Shown: positions 49,897 through 63,109 of the stretch, piece by piece
Position numbering within the stretch: the first letter of the stretch is position 1
Layout of the letters: the number at the start of each line of letters is the position of its first letter
NCBI GenBank assembly: GCA_965287045.1
Contig: OZ336875.1
Coordinates: 29,574,001 to 29,638,000, forward strand
Direction: 5' to 3'
Origin: Carcharhinus amblyrhynchos
Taxonomy: Eukaryota
Length of the DNA: 64,000 nucleotides
Position numbers and translations under genes: made by a program
Notes under the pieces: model-generated
Told to the model about the DNA's origin: nothing
The model's input: only the letters and a program-made list of their open reading frames with translations
Database searches by the model: none

Positions 49897-50667
49897 TAAG
49901 AACATAAGAACATAAGAACATAAGAAATAGGAGCAGGAGTAGGCCATCTAGCCCTTCGAGCCTGCCCCGCCATTCAATAAGATCATGGCTGATCTGTTGT
50001 GGCTCAGTTCCACTTTCCCGCCCTCTCCCCATAACCCTTAATCCCCTCTCTTATCAAGAACCCATCAACCCGCTTCTTAAAAATATTTAGCGAGGCAGCC
50101 TCCACCACTTCAACGGGCAGAGAATTCCAGAGATTCACCACCCTTTGAGTGAAGAAGTTCCTCCTCAACTCCGTTCTAAACTGCCTCCCCTTTATCTTGA
50201 GGCTGTGCCCCCTAGTCCTACTGTCTTTTTTGAGCGGGAAGAGTCTCTCCACCTCTATCCTATCCATCCCATTCATCATCTTATACGTCTCAATGAGATC
50301 TCCCCTCATTCTTCTAAACTCTAACGAGTACAAGCCTAGTTTATTCAGCCTCTCCTCATAGCTCAATCCCCTCAACTCCGGTATCAGCCTAGTAAACCTC
50401 CTGTGCACTCCCTCCAGGGCCAAAATATCCTTGCGCAGGTGCGGCGCCCAAAACTGCACACAGTACTCCAGCTGCGGCCTCACCAATGCCCTATACAGCT
50501 GCAGCAAGACCTCCCTACTTTTATATTCAATCCCCCTTGCTATGAAGGCCAGCATCCCATTCGCCTTCCTGACCACCTGCTGCACCTGCAAGCTGGGTTT
50601 TTGCGACTCATGCACAAGGACCCCGAGGTCCCTCTGCACCGTCGCCTGCTGCAGTTTTTCGCCACGT
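49897..50667 (-). mobile_element. Young 5'-truncated CR1 LINE with (TTCTTATG)n tail and 7-bp TSD
   Basis: Uninterrupted ORF2 C-terminus (50004..50723); cataagaa x4 from 49895; aaggtca at 49890-49896 and 50668-50674. Confidence 0.96.
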
Positions 50668-50994
50668 AAGGTCAATGATTGTGGCTTTTTTCTTGGTGAA
50701 ACTAAATGCTGTTCTGCTGGCAAGTGCTAAGCATTTTAATTTCAAGTGATAAGTGATTATGAATAAACATAGTGAAGTGTTATTTTAGCTTTGTGAAGCT
50801 GGTACCCTTGAACACAATATTGACTTTGTAGTTTCATTTTCAGTTTTCAGAGTACATGTCATGGAAATAAATCCATATTAGATTCAACTTGAATGAAAAT
50901 TAATTGTATTACAGCCAGTTTAATTGGTGCAGTTATGATGTCCCATAGGGACTATCAGAACAGTATTTTTGAGATTATTCTAAATGCATTAGAT

Positions 50995-51292
50995 ACAGCA
51001 CAGTGGTTAGCACTGCTTCCTCTCAGCTTTAGGGACCTGCATTCAATTCCCAGCTTGGGTGACTGTGCAGAGTTTGCACGTTCTCCCCATGTCTGCATGG
51101 GATTCCCCAAATGCTCCAGTTTCCCCACACAGTGTGAAAGACATCCTGGTGAGGTGCATTGGCCATGCTAAATTCTCTGATTACCCAAACAAGCACAGGA
51201 GTGTGGTGACCTAGGGAAGTTTTCACAGTCACGTCATTGGAGTGTTAATGTAAGCCTACTTGTGACACTAACAAATACACTTTAAATTTAAA
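50995..51292 (+). mobile_element. V-domain SINE with alternative tail
   Basis: Head gcacagtggttagcactgct; V-domain gagtttgcacgttctccccatgtctgc; tail gtgttaatgtaagcctacttgtgacacta. Confidence 0.85.
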
Positions 51293-51476
51293 CTTTGAAC
51301 TTTAAAACATGAACAATAGATAGCAGTAGAAAAATGAAGTGATTTTTGCTATTTTAAAATGTCAACTTTCCAAAAGACAGTATTTACAAAGAATTTTGAA
51401 ACGTTTGTTCTATATTCAAATTTCTGTTCACTGGGTTTTTGCTGTTTAAATGAGTTCAGTTTTGTAAAACTTCACT

Positions 51477-51575
51477 AAACTACTGCAGATTCTGGAAACC
51501 TGAAATCAGAACAGAAAATGCTGGATAAGCTCAGCAGGTCTGTGGAGAGAGAAACAACAGCTAATGTTTCCATGA
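51477..51575. mobile_element. Penelope-derived repeat, single arm
   Basis: aacagaaaatgctggataagctcagcaggtctgtggagagagaaac. Confidence 0.65.
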
Positions 51576-51874
51576 CTCTGCTAAAGAATTTTATACATCA
51601 TTTTCTGTGAAGGGTTACAGAATTGAATTTTTAAATGGTCTTCCAAGTAAAAGGACAGTAACAATAAGTCTCGAGCGCTGAAGGGGTTTGATTTATCAAT
51701 TCTATCCTGTTAATTCCTCACACTCCTATCAGTGGCAGAGCCTTCAATCATGAAGGCCATCTTCCTAAATCTGCTAATCTTTCTAGATCTCCTTTTCATC
51801 ATCTTCCCATGTTGTCTTAAAACTTCCCTTCAGCCACTCTGTTTCTTTCAATCTGATCCTCAATTTTTTTTTAA

Positions 51875-52412
51875 ATTCTTTCATGGAACGTAGGTGTCAC
51901 TGACTAGGCTAAAGCTCTAGTTGGCCTCCATTTCAGAGGGCGTTTAAGAGTCAACCACATTGCTGTGTGGATTTTGTCACATGCAAGAAAGCTATTCTTC
52001 TCCGAAGGGCATTATAACAGGAGACAAACACCATCAGTGCCACACAATGCAACGGGCCCTGAGCAGCATAATCGGATGCATAAATGCAATAAATCGCTCG
52101 AAGGAAGAAAGGGGAAGAGAATGAAGAGCCAAACTTGAAGAACTCAGTGTTTTTTCACAAGACTTAATTATAGTGAGCTGTGTCAAATGATGAAGCACAA
52201 AGTGAAGGCTAAGCATCTTCCTACATCCATTAACAAAAATTGAACAATGAGTCATATTTCATGGTCATCGTTAGATTTTTAATTGCAGATTTTCATTGAA
52301 CTCAAATTCCACCATCTGCTGTGGTGAGATTCGAATCCTGGTCCCCAGATCATTGTTCCGGGTCTCTGGATTACTGGTCCAGTGACGGTACCACAGGGCC
52401 ACCACATCCCCC
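51875..52412 (-). mobile_element. tRNA-derived SINE interrupted by a 250-bp insert
   Basis: Reverse B-box gagattcgaatcctggtcccc and head ggattactggtccagtgac; tail ttctttcatggaacgtaggtgtcactg; insert at 52017-52266. Confidence 0.7.
52017..52266. repeat. Inverted duplicate, copy A (partner 57738-57996)
   Basis: acaggagacaaacaccatcagtgccacacaatgca ... gagtcatatttcatggtc is the reverse complement of 57738-57996. Confidence 0.95.
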
Positions 52413-52673
52413 AATTATGCAATCCTTTTGGATTTATTCTTAAAGGTAGCTACCGTATAAACGCAAGTTTACCAAGTTGGAATAGTTGGTTCCCCTAAAC
52501 AAAGCAATTTTCGGGTTTAAGTAAAGTAGAGGATAACTAACACGCTGATTGGAGTGTGAAACATTATTACACTTCAAAATTTGGCTTTTCCCCTGCATTT
52601 CATTTCACGCCTTAAGTGCATCTACCTCTTCCTAATGATTGAAACCAATTGTTGTCTTGTTCTTTATCCACAG

Positions 52674-52719
52674 GTCAAATCGAAAGATAGTGGTGATTCA
52701 TCTAATGGTGCAAAGAATG
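52674..52719 (+). CDS. PIK3C2A: PIK3C2A coding exon 9 (short linker exon)
   Basis: ttatccacag|VKSKDSGDSSNGAKN|gtatgt; 46 bp, phase 0 to 1, exactly bridging exons 8 and 10; low sequence conservation. Confidence 0.8.
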
Positions 52720-52919
52720 GTATGTCATACCAGGCAAAATTTTCCAGTTGCCTGTGACTTGATTGTTGTGAGTGTAAACATTTCACAAGGTTGTGAATTG
52801 CTTTGAGTGTCACAGCAGCTGAGTTGGTGAGAGTGATGTGATTTCTTTTTCTCTCTCTCTCTTTTGGTCCTCCCCTTCCCCCAAAAAGTTCCAAGCCTTT
52901 CTTCACATTATGCTAAACT

Positions 52920-53510
52920 GTAATACTCCAATGTATGAGAAAGAAGGTGTGCTAAACCTTTTATTAGTCACTGGTTAAGCCTCACCTGGAGTATGATGAC
53001 CAGTTCTGGCATCACACTAGGAAGAACCTTGCATTCATCACAGTGGAGTTAGGAGAGGGTGCAGAAGAGATTGCTAAAAGAATGCCAGTGAGACGGAATT
53101 TCAATTATGTGGAGAGAACAGAGAAGCTTAAATTGCTCTTAGTGACAGATGGTTAAGAGATATTCAAAATTGAGGGCTCGTTCCCAAATTGATGGGAATA
53201 ATTATCAATAGATCTTTAAGTAGAGGACACAGGTTCGAGATAATGGGCAAAGTAACCAGTGGTGAGATGGGGAGAGTATGCTAATGTAAGGGTGATAGAA
53301 GCAAATCCAATATGAATTTTCAAAGGGGAATTGTATATATATTTGTAAAGGAAACTAATTGCTAGGCTGTGAGGGAAAATTGGGGGCAGAGGATAAATAA
53401 ATCAGAGTTAACATAGGGCAAGGGAGAAGGCTTGGTCAGAGATTCTATCAGAGTTGGTGCAGACTCAATGGGCTGAATGGCCTCCTCCTGCACTGTAGGG
53501 ATTCTTTGAA
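52920..53510 (+). mobile_element. Degenerate CR1 3' part
   Basis: cctcacctggagtat...cagttctgg (PHLEY..QFW); tail gggctgaatggcctcctcctgcactgtagggattct. Confidence 0.75.
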
Positions 53511-53589
53511 GTTTGTAACTAATGCTAAGCACCCAAACAAACTTATAAATATGGAATGTCAAAATTCTCCACTATAATAAAAATTTCCA

Positions 53590-54005
53590 AATTGATTTTG
53601 TTTAGATTGTTAGATTTCACTATTGCAGTTCTTTGACCAAAGGCAGGTCCAACCCATAGTGTCACAACCTCCACCATGGGTAGGGGCAGGGACACTAGTC
53701 CTGTGTCCACCCCCTAAGGAGTCCAAGTTATAGTAGCAACATGCATATTTTAGTCTGGAGCTATGAAGCATGATGGTAGATGTTCCAATTTTCTTAACAT
53801 GTAGTATGTCACTCTCCTGTAACTTGGCTGACCAGCAATCTTTCCTGCTGGAAGTCCTGTCATTGGCAGATGTTGGAAGGAGTAGCAAGTTGTTACTCAA
53901 TCTGTTTGTCTATGTTATGCACCTTCTTTGGCTATCAAACTCTAGAGTGAGACTTGAACGTGGAGCTTCTAGCTCTGAAGCAGGCACACTACCCACTGTG
54001 CCACA
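53590..54005 (-). mobile_element. Old tRNA-derived SINE
   Basis: Reverse head gagtgagacttgaacgtggag...tacccactgtgccaca. Confidence 0.5.
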
Positions 54006-56826
54006 TCTATTTCACTATATAAAATATTTTAATTAGAAATGAAGGGATTTGGCTTTTAATTTCCTGCTTTGCTCTCTGAGAATACTTTCATTGTGATTGA
54101 CTGCTTACCCTGTTTGCTGGAAACAGCATCACTGTCACTTGGAGATCCTTTTAATTTAGTGTTAGAAAAGGGATGCAGCCTGTTCATCGCTCCCTAATGG
54201 GTATAATTTCAAGAACCCTGGTACTACTTGTGTATTGTAATTGTACTTGTGTCCTTTTTTATTATACGAATACCTGATGTCCAAAATCTGATACGAATTT
54301 AGCATCACTCTTCAATTCTGTCACTGTAAAAATACACCCTTATTATGGCCTTATTGCCTGGTGTCAGAACTTAGTGATTTGAATATTTGTGCTCCCCAGT
54401 AATATGAGACTTTGTTTTTCCTAACCAAAGTGTAATGCCTCTCTGTTATCTATATTGAAATTAACTTGCCAATTGTATGCCCACCTTACAAGTTTAATGG
54501 TGGCTTGTAATATATTGAAGTCTTTCTTCGTGTTGACTATCTCAAATTTGAAGATATCTACAAATTTAAAAATGCTTTTTGATTCCAATCGTTAATATAA
54601 ATCAGGAACAACAGTGGTCCCAATATTGATCCTATGAGCCCTTTTTCCCATTGTCTAACACTCATAATGTCTACTGATAGCTTGTTTTGTGCCTTTTTGG
54701 TTGGCTTGCTATCTGTCCTTATCCTTTTGACATGGGTTATTCCAATTTTTATTCTCTCTTCAATTATGTGGGGCCTTTTTATGGAAGTAGAATTTGCAGG
54801 ATTAATTGCAAAATGCAGTTTGGGTGTTGGAGGCCAATGCACATAATGACTATCTCTTTTGAGCATTCGCTGTGTAATTTGCTGAATTTGGATGCCTTGA
54901 AATCATACCTAAGGTTTTCTGATTTGATTTCTAATCAACAGGCTGAAGTATTCCAATAAATATGAATTGTTGCTGAAATAGTTTTGCCATTGCTTATGTA
55001 TTGTAAGTTGTCAATCCACCTAACACTTTGAAGTGGAACAACTGACATTTGCTCCAGCATGCCATTATATTGGAACAAGTCAGACTTGATTAGTAATGAT
55101 TTTTATCTGTTTGCTACAACTTTGAGCCAATTTCCTACTTGAAGGTGGAGAATAGTGAACTATCCCAATAAATGGTTACTCATTTGAGTTTAATATGCTT
55201 TTAATAGACATGTTTTAGAGTGTACAATATCCTTGCAGTCCAGTTTTCAAATTAGTTTGATTTCTATCTGGTTTTTGGCAGCAAAGTTTGTAAACACTAA
55301 ATTACATTTCACCTTTATCTCACCCAATCATTTGTAGTTTTCCCACACTATTTATCATAATCGAACAAAGTAATACTGTAGGCAATCGATGTTAAGTGTT
55401 TGATTTACCTTGTTTGGCAATAAACAGTCGCATCTGTTTGACTTTGCTATAGGTGTGGCTGTGTTGCAGTTAGATATCCTCAGTTTGGATACTGTTTTAA
55501 CTGCAACAGTAATTGGTGCATATCTTGTATGCTTACCTTTCTTGCAACTTACCAATGAGTGCAAGGCACAATTGTTATAGTCTGCAAGAAACTAGATCCC
55601 ATGGTCCTGAGTGTTTTTGGAAAGTAACTTGTTTATTCATCAGGACAGAAGCAGGCTCCTTCAGATTAGTAGTACTTTTATCCTCGTGTTCTTTTCTGTA
55701 TGTGGTAGGAGTCTTATGAAGGTGACTGCTATCTGACTTGGGGATTTAAGCTTTTTTCCAATTTTGTCATCGATTGTTGTATGCATTGAGGACTCCAGGT
55801 TCAGGTTTTGCATCAGTTAGATGCAGAATAAAGCTCCCTTCATCTTTCTAGCTTACTATTTAATCTCCCAATGATGATGCATGTGAGTAGTGAGACTAAA
55901 ATGTAACCTTAAGCAGGCTTGAAGAGTGGGACAGTCCGCGATTAAAATAGGCTGTTCATAATCTCATTGACTGTGGAACTTTGAGCTGAGTTTGCCTCCT
56001 TCTATTTTCTCCATTACAAAAACTACCTATCTCTGCTTCTATCAGTAAAACCTTTAACTATTCCTTATCTCTAAAGCTGTCTTGGTGAACTAATGGATGA
56101 CCTATCCTTAAGTTCAAATTTTCTTAAAACTTCATCCATATTAACAATAAATTTCAATTAGCCCTGTATTTACTGACTTGAATTGTTGTATTATTTAAAG
56201 TTATCATCTTTGGGTTTAAATCCCTCTACATTCTTCCCTATCTTTTCAACCTTCTATCCTCAAACCTACTCCCTCCAAAAACTCTAAATTCCCTGTGTGC
56301 TTCCTTGCCTATCATCAGCGGCCATATTTTTAGACCCCCAGATCCTACACTCCTCCCCTGAGGACCTCTTTTAAAATTCATATCTGACCAAGCTTTTTGT
56401 TAATCCCCCAAACCCTCTTGATCTTCTTTGACACTCCCATCTTATTTTTCATAGATTTCCCTAAAGGTGCTATGTTAGTACAAGTTGTTGGTAACATATT
56501 CTGTGTATATCAGCAAAATTACAGCATGTTTTAAGTGTACATGAATAAACTTCAGAAAAGCAAGCACTTTTTATTTTGTACTTGAACAGCAAAACTTGGC
56601 ACGCTTATATCCTGGAAGGCGGACATAAGCACTCCTTTTCTGCTCATATGGACTTCAAATGCTTCTAAAATGCATGCAGAGATTTATTTCTCCATTTAGC
56701 AAATTATAAATAACCTATTACAGTGGAATGTATTTTGTAAACATCCAAACTTGAGTATGATGGCAAAAGTTTTTTTGTCAACTCTTTTTGCACATGTATT
56801 TAGAAACATTGTACTTCTGATTACAG

Positions 56827-57049
56827 AATCTTCACTTGCAATAAATCCCGTGAATGCAAGTATCCATGCGCTAACGTTGGCTGTCTACGATCTGCTACAA
56901 TTGTACTTGAGTTCTTTTAGCAGAAGCACAGGTGCAACTGGGAATCTGCCACAGAGCACAAAATGTACAAAGGAAGCGCTGACCACCACAGAACACCTGC
57001 AGTTTACGCTGTTTGCAGCGCATAGGATTCCAGGAGCATGGGTCAGCAG
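56827..57049 (+). CDS. PIK3C2A: PIK3C2A coding exon 10 (start of C2 domain)
   Basis: NPVNASIHALTLAVYDLLQL...KEALTTTEHLQFTLFAAHRIPGAWVS; 223 bp, phase 1 to 2; cag/gtgggt borders. Confidence 0.95.
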
Positions 57050-57737
57050 GTGGGTATTAAGGGAAGCCTTCAGTACTATCTACATTGGTTTTTCAGGGAG
57101 CAGTCTGCCCTTGATGTAAAGCAAGTTTTAAAATGCAGCACAGAAAAATGGGTTAAAGTAGATGAAATACTTTTTCAGAAAAACGAAGGTGAGATGCAAC
57201 TGGGTTACCTGCTGTCCTGTTCAATTGTGTTCTATTTTAGTAGCGGGATTTTGACCTAGATTTTGAAATCTCTTCTGAATAATCCCTGCCAAAAAGATCT
57301 ATTACTTGAAAATCTGGAGCAAAAGAATTTGTTACAAACTGTGGGTGTAGTGTCAGAGTTCGATCTATTTTGAGCAGAACCCATAAGAACTCTGAAATAA
57401 CTTCATCTTCTTGGCTTCTGTTTAGCGTCTTTTGTTGTGCGTTTAAAATTAATAACTAGTATTTCCAGTTGTATGTTGAATTAAACTCATTAAAGAGCCT
57501 CCACACTGATATCAAGAATAAAGTAAAAGCATTACGGCATTTTACTGAACTACTTGATATTCTCGTGTGTTTTATTTTTAGTCTTGCCATTCGTTTGTCT
57601 CTCGCTGTCTGCTCCTCCTGCATATTTTTATCTCTTTATTTTCCACCTAGCTTTGGAAAGAGCTAATGTTTTAGGCCCATTAACTTTTTAATCTGCCATT
57701 TATCTCCAATCTATTCACCCCAAAGTGGGATGGCAGA

Positions 57738-57996
57738 GACCATGAAATATGACTCATTGTTCAATTTTTGTTAATGGATGTAGGAAGATGCTTAGCCTTC
57801 ACTTTGTGCTTCATCATTTGACACTGCTCACTATAAATTAAGTCTTGTGAAAAGACACTGTTTTCAGAGTTCTTCAAGTTTGGCTCTTCATTCTCTTCCC
57901 CCTTTTCTCCTTGGTGCGATTTATTGCATTTATGCATCCGATTATGATGCTCAGGGCCCATTGCATTGTGTGGCACTGATGGTGTTTGTCTCCTGT
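57738..57996. repeat. Inverted duplicate, copy B (partner 52017-52266)
   Basis: Reverse complement of 52017-52266, with about 9 extra bases. Confidence 0.95.
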
Positions 57997-60217
57997 GAAT
58001 CTCCATGGCAATTTGACCTTGTTGAACATGTTATATAAATAGAAACTATTACATTGGTGTCTGACTGCTGGTGAAATTTCCAACCTTACCTTGAACTTCA
58101 AGAAATGAAATTATTCAAAAAAGACTTCTTCCATTAGTACTGTTTGTACTATTGCAAAACTATCTAGAGAAGTTCATCCAAACTGACCGTAATTTAACTG
58201 CAGTTATGTTCACCTGTGTTACTAGGAAAAAAAACTCAGCAACTTTGCAGATGTGCAATATAACTGTTTTATGTGCATTTTCTCTTAATACGATTTTGTT
58301 TTATCCATTTTATTGCACTAAACCTATGCTCTCTGTTTTTCATTTAAAATGACAAAATCCACTGCAAAGTGTAAAGCATTTTCATTCCAATATGGACCAG
58401 TTTGCCTTTGACAAATGATTTCTGTACCGTTGTTGAGATGAGAAGCCTTTTTCTTTAGTGCAGCTTGATTGTCATAAATGTATAATTGTTTTAAATGCAT
58501 GCCACTGTGGTGTAGAAGGAAAAGTTGGAGCCTGGAATTTAAAAATAAATCAATTTCCATTGTTTATGACAAAACCTGAATTCAACACTTTCCTTTCAAC
58601 TCTGTCCAGGTTGACCACATTTAAGCATAAAAGTTGGAGTCCTAGCATATATAGTGGCAGAGGAGTGTTGAATTTTGTTACTGTATGTAAAGATATATAG
58701 TACCTTAAGTGATGAACACCACAGTGTTTAGTTCTACCACTTATAATTTACTGAATTTGAGCATAAGGCTTGATGATGTCCTTATTACTTAGACAACTTT
58801 TGAAGTAGTCAGGCAAATATTGAAAGATAATTTGACCAATATTGATGAAAATAAGTCCAATAACAATTTTTGAAGTTCATTGTGAATTATGGATAATTGA
58901 CTCCTGGTTGCGACCATCACATTTTTCAAAGATAATGTGGAAATGCACAGCTGCTTCAGTTCATTTGAGTTCCCAGCAACAACTTGGAAAGGACCAAGAA
59001 CTCTGACTCTAAACTGGCAAGTCTTGGCTTTGGTGCTCAAATATTAATGTCTGCAATACTGGGGGCAGAGGCTAGCATCCTGCCATCAAATTATGACAAG
59101 AAATAGGTACTATGTGCTTGGGATAGTAGAGTCAGCTGTGTCCACTTAGAGAAAAATGGCACCAGATTTCCATTTAACAGGAATAACTAAATTATTAATT
59201 GGGATTTGCAGAGCAGTGAGATCAATGCTTTAATAGGTTAGCACAAATTTCTACTCTCTTGTTATAATACTGCTTTGTAATAAATTGCAAAATTTATTCT
59301 AAGAATCATCTTGGAGTACAGATTTGTACCTAGTTCTCCAAATCCCTTACCAAAAATTGAGATTCAGCAATTCATAACTTTCTCACATGCAGAGATTCAG
59401 CATTTGTGTGGGAGGTTTTTTTCACAAAGCTACCTCCATTTCAGCTGCACAGTTGGCAGCATTTTCATGATTCATGTTGGTCAAACCACATTCTGACAGC
59501 TCCATGGAGAGCAGCACTTTGCTTAAGTATTTCACCTTGACATGAATTCAAGCTGGGACCAGTACAACTTGTCCTTGATCCAATTTACACACAAGTGGTT
59601 TCCCCATTTAAAATTGCTACGTTCACTAATGTGAAGTATTGGGATCTAAATATATTGCTTTATTACAGTTGCACAATGGGAAACTACTGCTTGTGTTGAA
59701 AAAAGGAAGCAAAGCATTTTGAGGGTGGGGGCCTTTCATAGCATGTAGGCTACGAAAGATGTGCAAAAGTTTTTTTTCCCCTCTTTCCTTTCCCTTACTC
59801 CCAGCTGCCTTTATAAACCTTCATGCAGCTCGCAAAAGTTTGCTTTTTTGGCAGCAGTCAGGGATTGGGTCACTTACCTGTCTCCCAGGCTTGGGAGTTG
59901 CACCCATCCAAAGTGTATTAACAAGGGGATCGGTCGTGCTTGCTGGGAACTTGAAATTTTTGCAAAAGGTTTAGAAATTGAGTAATTGCAATTCACATTT
60001 GGACGATAGTCAAATGTTTGTGATTGACCATACTTATGGTATTCTAATATTGTACCACAATTGGTTAAACATTCTTGATGCACTATATTGAATGTAATAC
60101 TGTTTTTTCACTTGTTCTGTTGAAAAATGTTATGTTTTCCCAAAACTATAATTGTTGGTAATCTACTTTTGATTTAAATGTAATTCTGCTGACTATCGGT
60201 GCTTGTTTTCTCCCCAG

Positions 60218-60340
60218 TTTTGAGAAATACTTTCTAATGTGCTCACTGACACACAATGGGAAAGATCTTTTTAAGCCAGTGCAATCTAAGAAAGTTGGGA
60301 CGTATCGCAACTTTTTCTACCACATCAAGTGGGATGAACT
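60218..60340 (+). CDS. PIK3C2A: PIK3C2A coding exon 11 (C2 domain)
   Basis: [40 protein letters not shown]; 123 bp, phase 2 to 2; cag/gtgag borders. Confidence 0.97.
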
Positions 60341-60401
60341 GTGAGTACTTTCTCTGCTTTGACGTGAACTAAATTTTGGGTCTGATAAGTGAATGAAAAT
60401 C

Positions 60402-60700
60402 AGAATTCTACAGTGCAGAAGGAGACCTTCAGCCCATTGAGTCTGCACTGACCACAATCCCACCCAGACCCTATTCCCATAACCCCATGCATTTATCTTA
60501 GCTAGTCCCCTTGACACTCAGGGGCAACATGGCCAATCCACCTAACTCGCACATCTTTTAGATTGTGGGAGGAAACTGGAGCACCCAAAGGAAACACACG
60601 CAGACACGGGTAGAGTGTGCAAACTCCACACAGACAGCGACCCAAGCCAGGAATCGAACCCTGGCACTGTGAAGCAGCAATTCTAACCAATGTGCCACCC
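60402..60700 (-). mobile_element. V-SINE (HE1-like)
   Basis: Reverse tail ctacagtgcagaaggagaccttcagccc; V-domain ggaggaaactggagcacc...tgtgcaaactccacacagacag; B-box ggaatcgaacc. Confidence 0.88.
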
Positions 60701-62293
60701 AAAGTTAGTTGGAAACTGTTGCTTTAATCAGTCTGCTTGTCTTTGACTCCCTGGTGGAGCTGAAGGGTGCACCTGTTCTGTGACCTTTTTGGAAATACAC
60801 GCAACTTTGATTTTCTGCTATTGAAATCGCATTGGGTTGCCCTGATGATCTTGCAGGTAAAAATATTGGCTGGTGTACTACCAAACCATAAAGAATGGAA
60901 AGTTGCAGGTTACTATGTGCTGAGGTACCTCCTGGGGTGCAGGCCATCTTAAAATTTGGTGAGGGAAATAATAAGCAATGGGTCATGTTCATGGTTATTA
61001 TCTAGTGGCCTTTTTCTAGAAAATTCACTGTTTGGGTGAGGTCTTGTTTGGGCTTGACTGTTGATCCGTCTGCTGCTGCTGACCATGCAAGGTCATGCAT
61101 GAAGAATGACCAGTTTGGATAAGCTAACAAAAAAGCAACCACGGAACCATGCTTCTCTTCTGAAGAATAGCTGATGTAATGGAGTGATTTTGCGGGGGGC
61201 GAAGGGGAAGGCTCTTTCGATTCTATTAGCTTGTTGACGAAGGGGTGAATTTAAATAAATGATGACTCTTGTTCATGACAATTGGCATACTACCTAAAGA
61301 GCTATTTTAGTTTTCCTTTGGCCTAAAGGCACAATTGGTTGTAGGCTGGTGTTATTACACTCTAAAGCAGCAATGCTGTGATCTTTTCTATCCACTTTAA
61401 GTGGCAAGTTGCCACTTATAATTCAGTATTCCAAAATTATATTCATCATTCGCTGACTTCTTCCACATTTGCTTTAAAAAAACAGGTGTATGGCTTTTTA
61501 AATGAGCATATTTGAGATTTTCTCATGATTTTAGGAATTTTTTGTGAAATGTGAGTGGAGTTTGATTTCTCATGTCTGCTTTTGAGTGATGGGGGAAAAG
61601 GAGAACAACTTAAGTGATGATAACAGAACAAGATGAGTGAAAATCAATTCCTTATGACAGATGAGGTTGCTCATGTTGGGTGCAGACCTAACGAATCAGA
61701 ATACTGTTATGGGTATCATGCAAAATATTTATTTCTAGTGAGGGAATTCTCTAAAGTCAGGTGGCAGGCTTTTTGGCCAGCTACATGTGCTTTCTCTTTT
61801 TATGTTGAAATAATGCAAAATGAATTCATAAAGTTCCATATAGATTGAGTAGTTCTGTGTTTTTTTTTTAAAAAGGTTTGTGTAAAGCTTAGTTTAGACT
61901 ATCTGTAGGAAGTCAAATCAATGTAAGACTTTGAACTGGAAGCAGTTTGTAGCCCTTTGCTGCTTTGTTGATGCTTCTGAAGCCTCTTCACTTCAACACC
62001 AAAATGTTTGCCTAAAAACAGCCCTAGTGTCCCTATGAGACTGATTTTGTCACTCTCATTTGGTGGATCTTTTCATCCCATCAAGTATTTTTGCTCTCTG
62101 ATGTTAAAATACTTTGCTGATTTGTATTTATCAAATGGGAGACAATATTGACAATCTTGAGATATTTCTCACTATTTGTTGATCTCCAAGTTCCAATCTG
62201 ACCAATCCAATTGGTTCACAGTGCTTAACTAAGTATTGCCTACAATATTTGTATTGCCACAACAAACTTTTTTTATTCATTTCTACTTTCCAG

Positions 62294-62461
62294 GATTAGT
62301 TTCCCTGTTCAGATTGCACAGCTGCCCGTCGAATCAATACTAAGTCTTAGTTTGCATGGAATTCTAAATCCCTCTGCAGCTGGATCACCAGATTCTAACA
62401 AACAGCGGAAGGGACCAGAGTACCTTGGTCGAGTCTCCATGCCTCTCTTTGACTTTAAGCG
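62294..62461 (+). CDS. PIK3C2A: PIK3C2A coding exon 12 (C2 domain); the gene continues beyond the window
   Basis: [25 protein letters not shown]...[25 protein letters not shown]; 168 bp, phase 2 to 2; cag/gtgag borders. Confidence 0.97.
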
Positions 62462-63109
62462 GTGAGAATAGTTCTTCTCTTCCCCCTCAAGTAAATGCTA
62501 TGCTAGATTTTGGCTCAGTTTGGGGACGTCTCATTTTGTTGTATATTTGACACTTCTCCTTTTGTATCTCCTTTCTTCATGACAAGGGTATTGACAAGTG
62601 GAACAAAACTACTTAGTTTATGTACATCGATCCTTGTGAATCCAAGCGGCACGGCTACCAGCAAAAAAGGGAGTGTGATGGAAAGAATTGTGTTGCAAGT
62701 GAGTTCAGCTGTTTGGTCAGTTAGACCCTTTTGGTAGATTCATGCTTTGAAAGATTTAAACTGTTTTTGCTATGTTTTCTGCTCAAACATTTAGTTTTTA
62801 GTACAATTATTTTTTGATTTAGAAATTGGAACTTCAGATGATTTAATGTAGGTTCTTGAATATCATAGGGAGCAAGATTTGTTTACAGACAAATTGAATG
62901 TCTACAACTAAATGTAGTTTTTCTGATTATTGAACAAAACCAGATACTGATAAAACAAAAATAAATTATGGGTGCCTGTATCTCAGCCAAACTTAGTCAT
63001 TTGCTGAAAGACTGAGAAACTATTACTGTTGCAGAAATACCATTACAATAATCATGTTAACCTGACAGTTATCTGTGCATTTGTATGATTGCACATTTAA
63101 AGCAAAGCT

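Noticed and set aside
50995-51060. tRNA-like A/B boxes
   Set aside because: SINE head, not a tRNA gene; there is no cloverleaf and it is followed by the V-domain.
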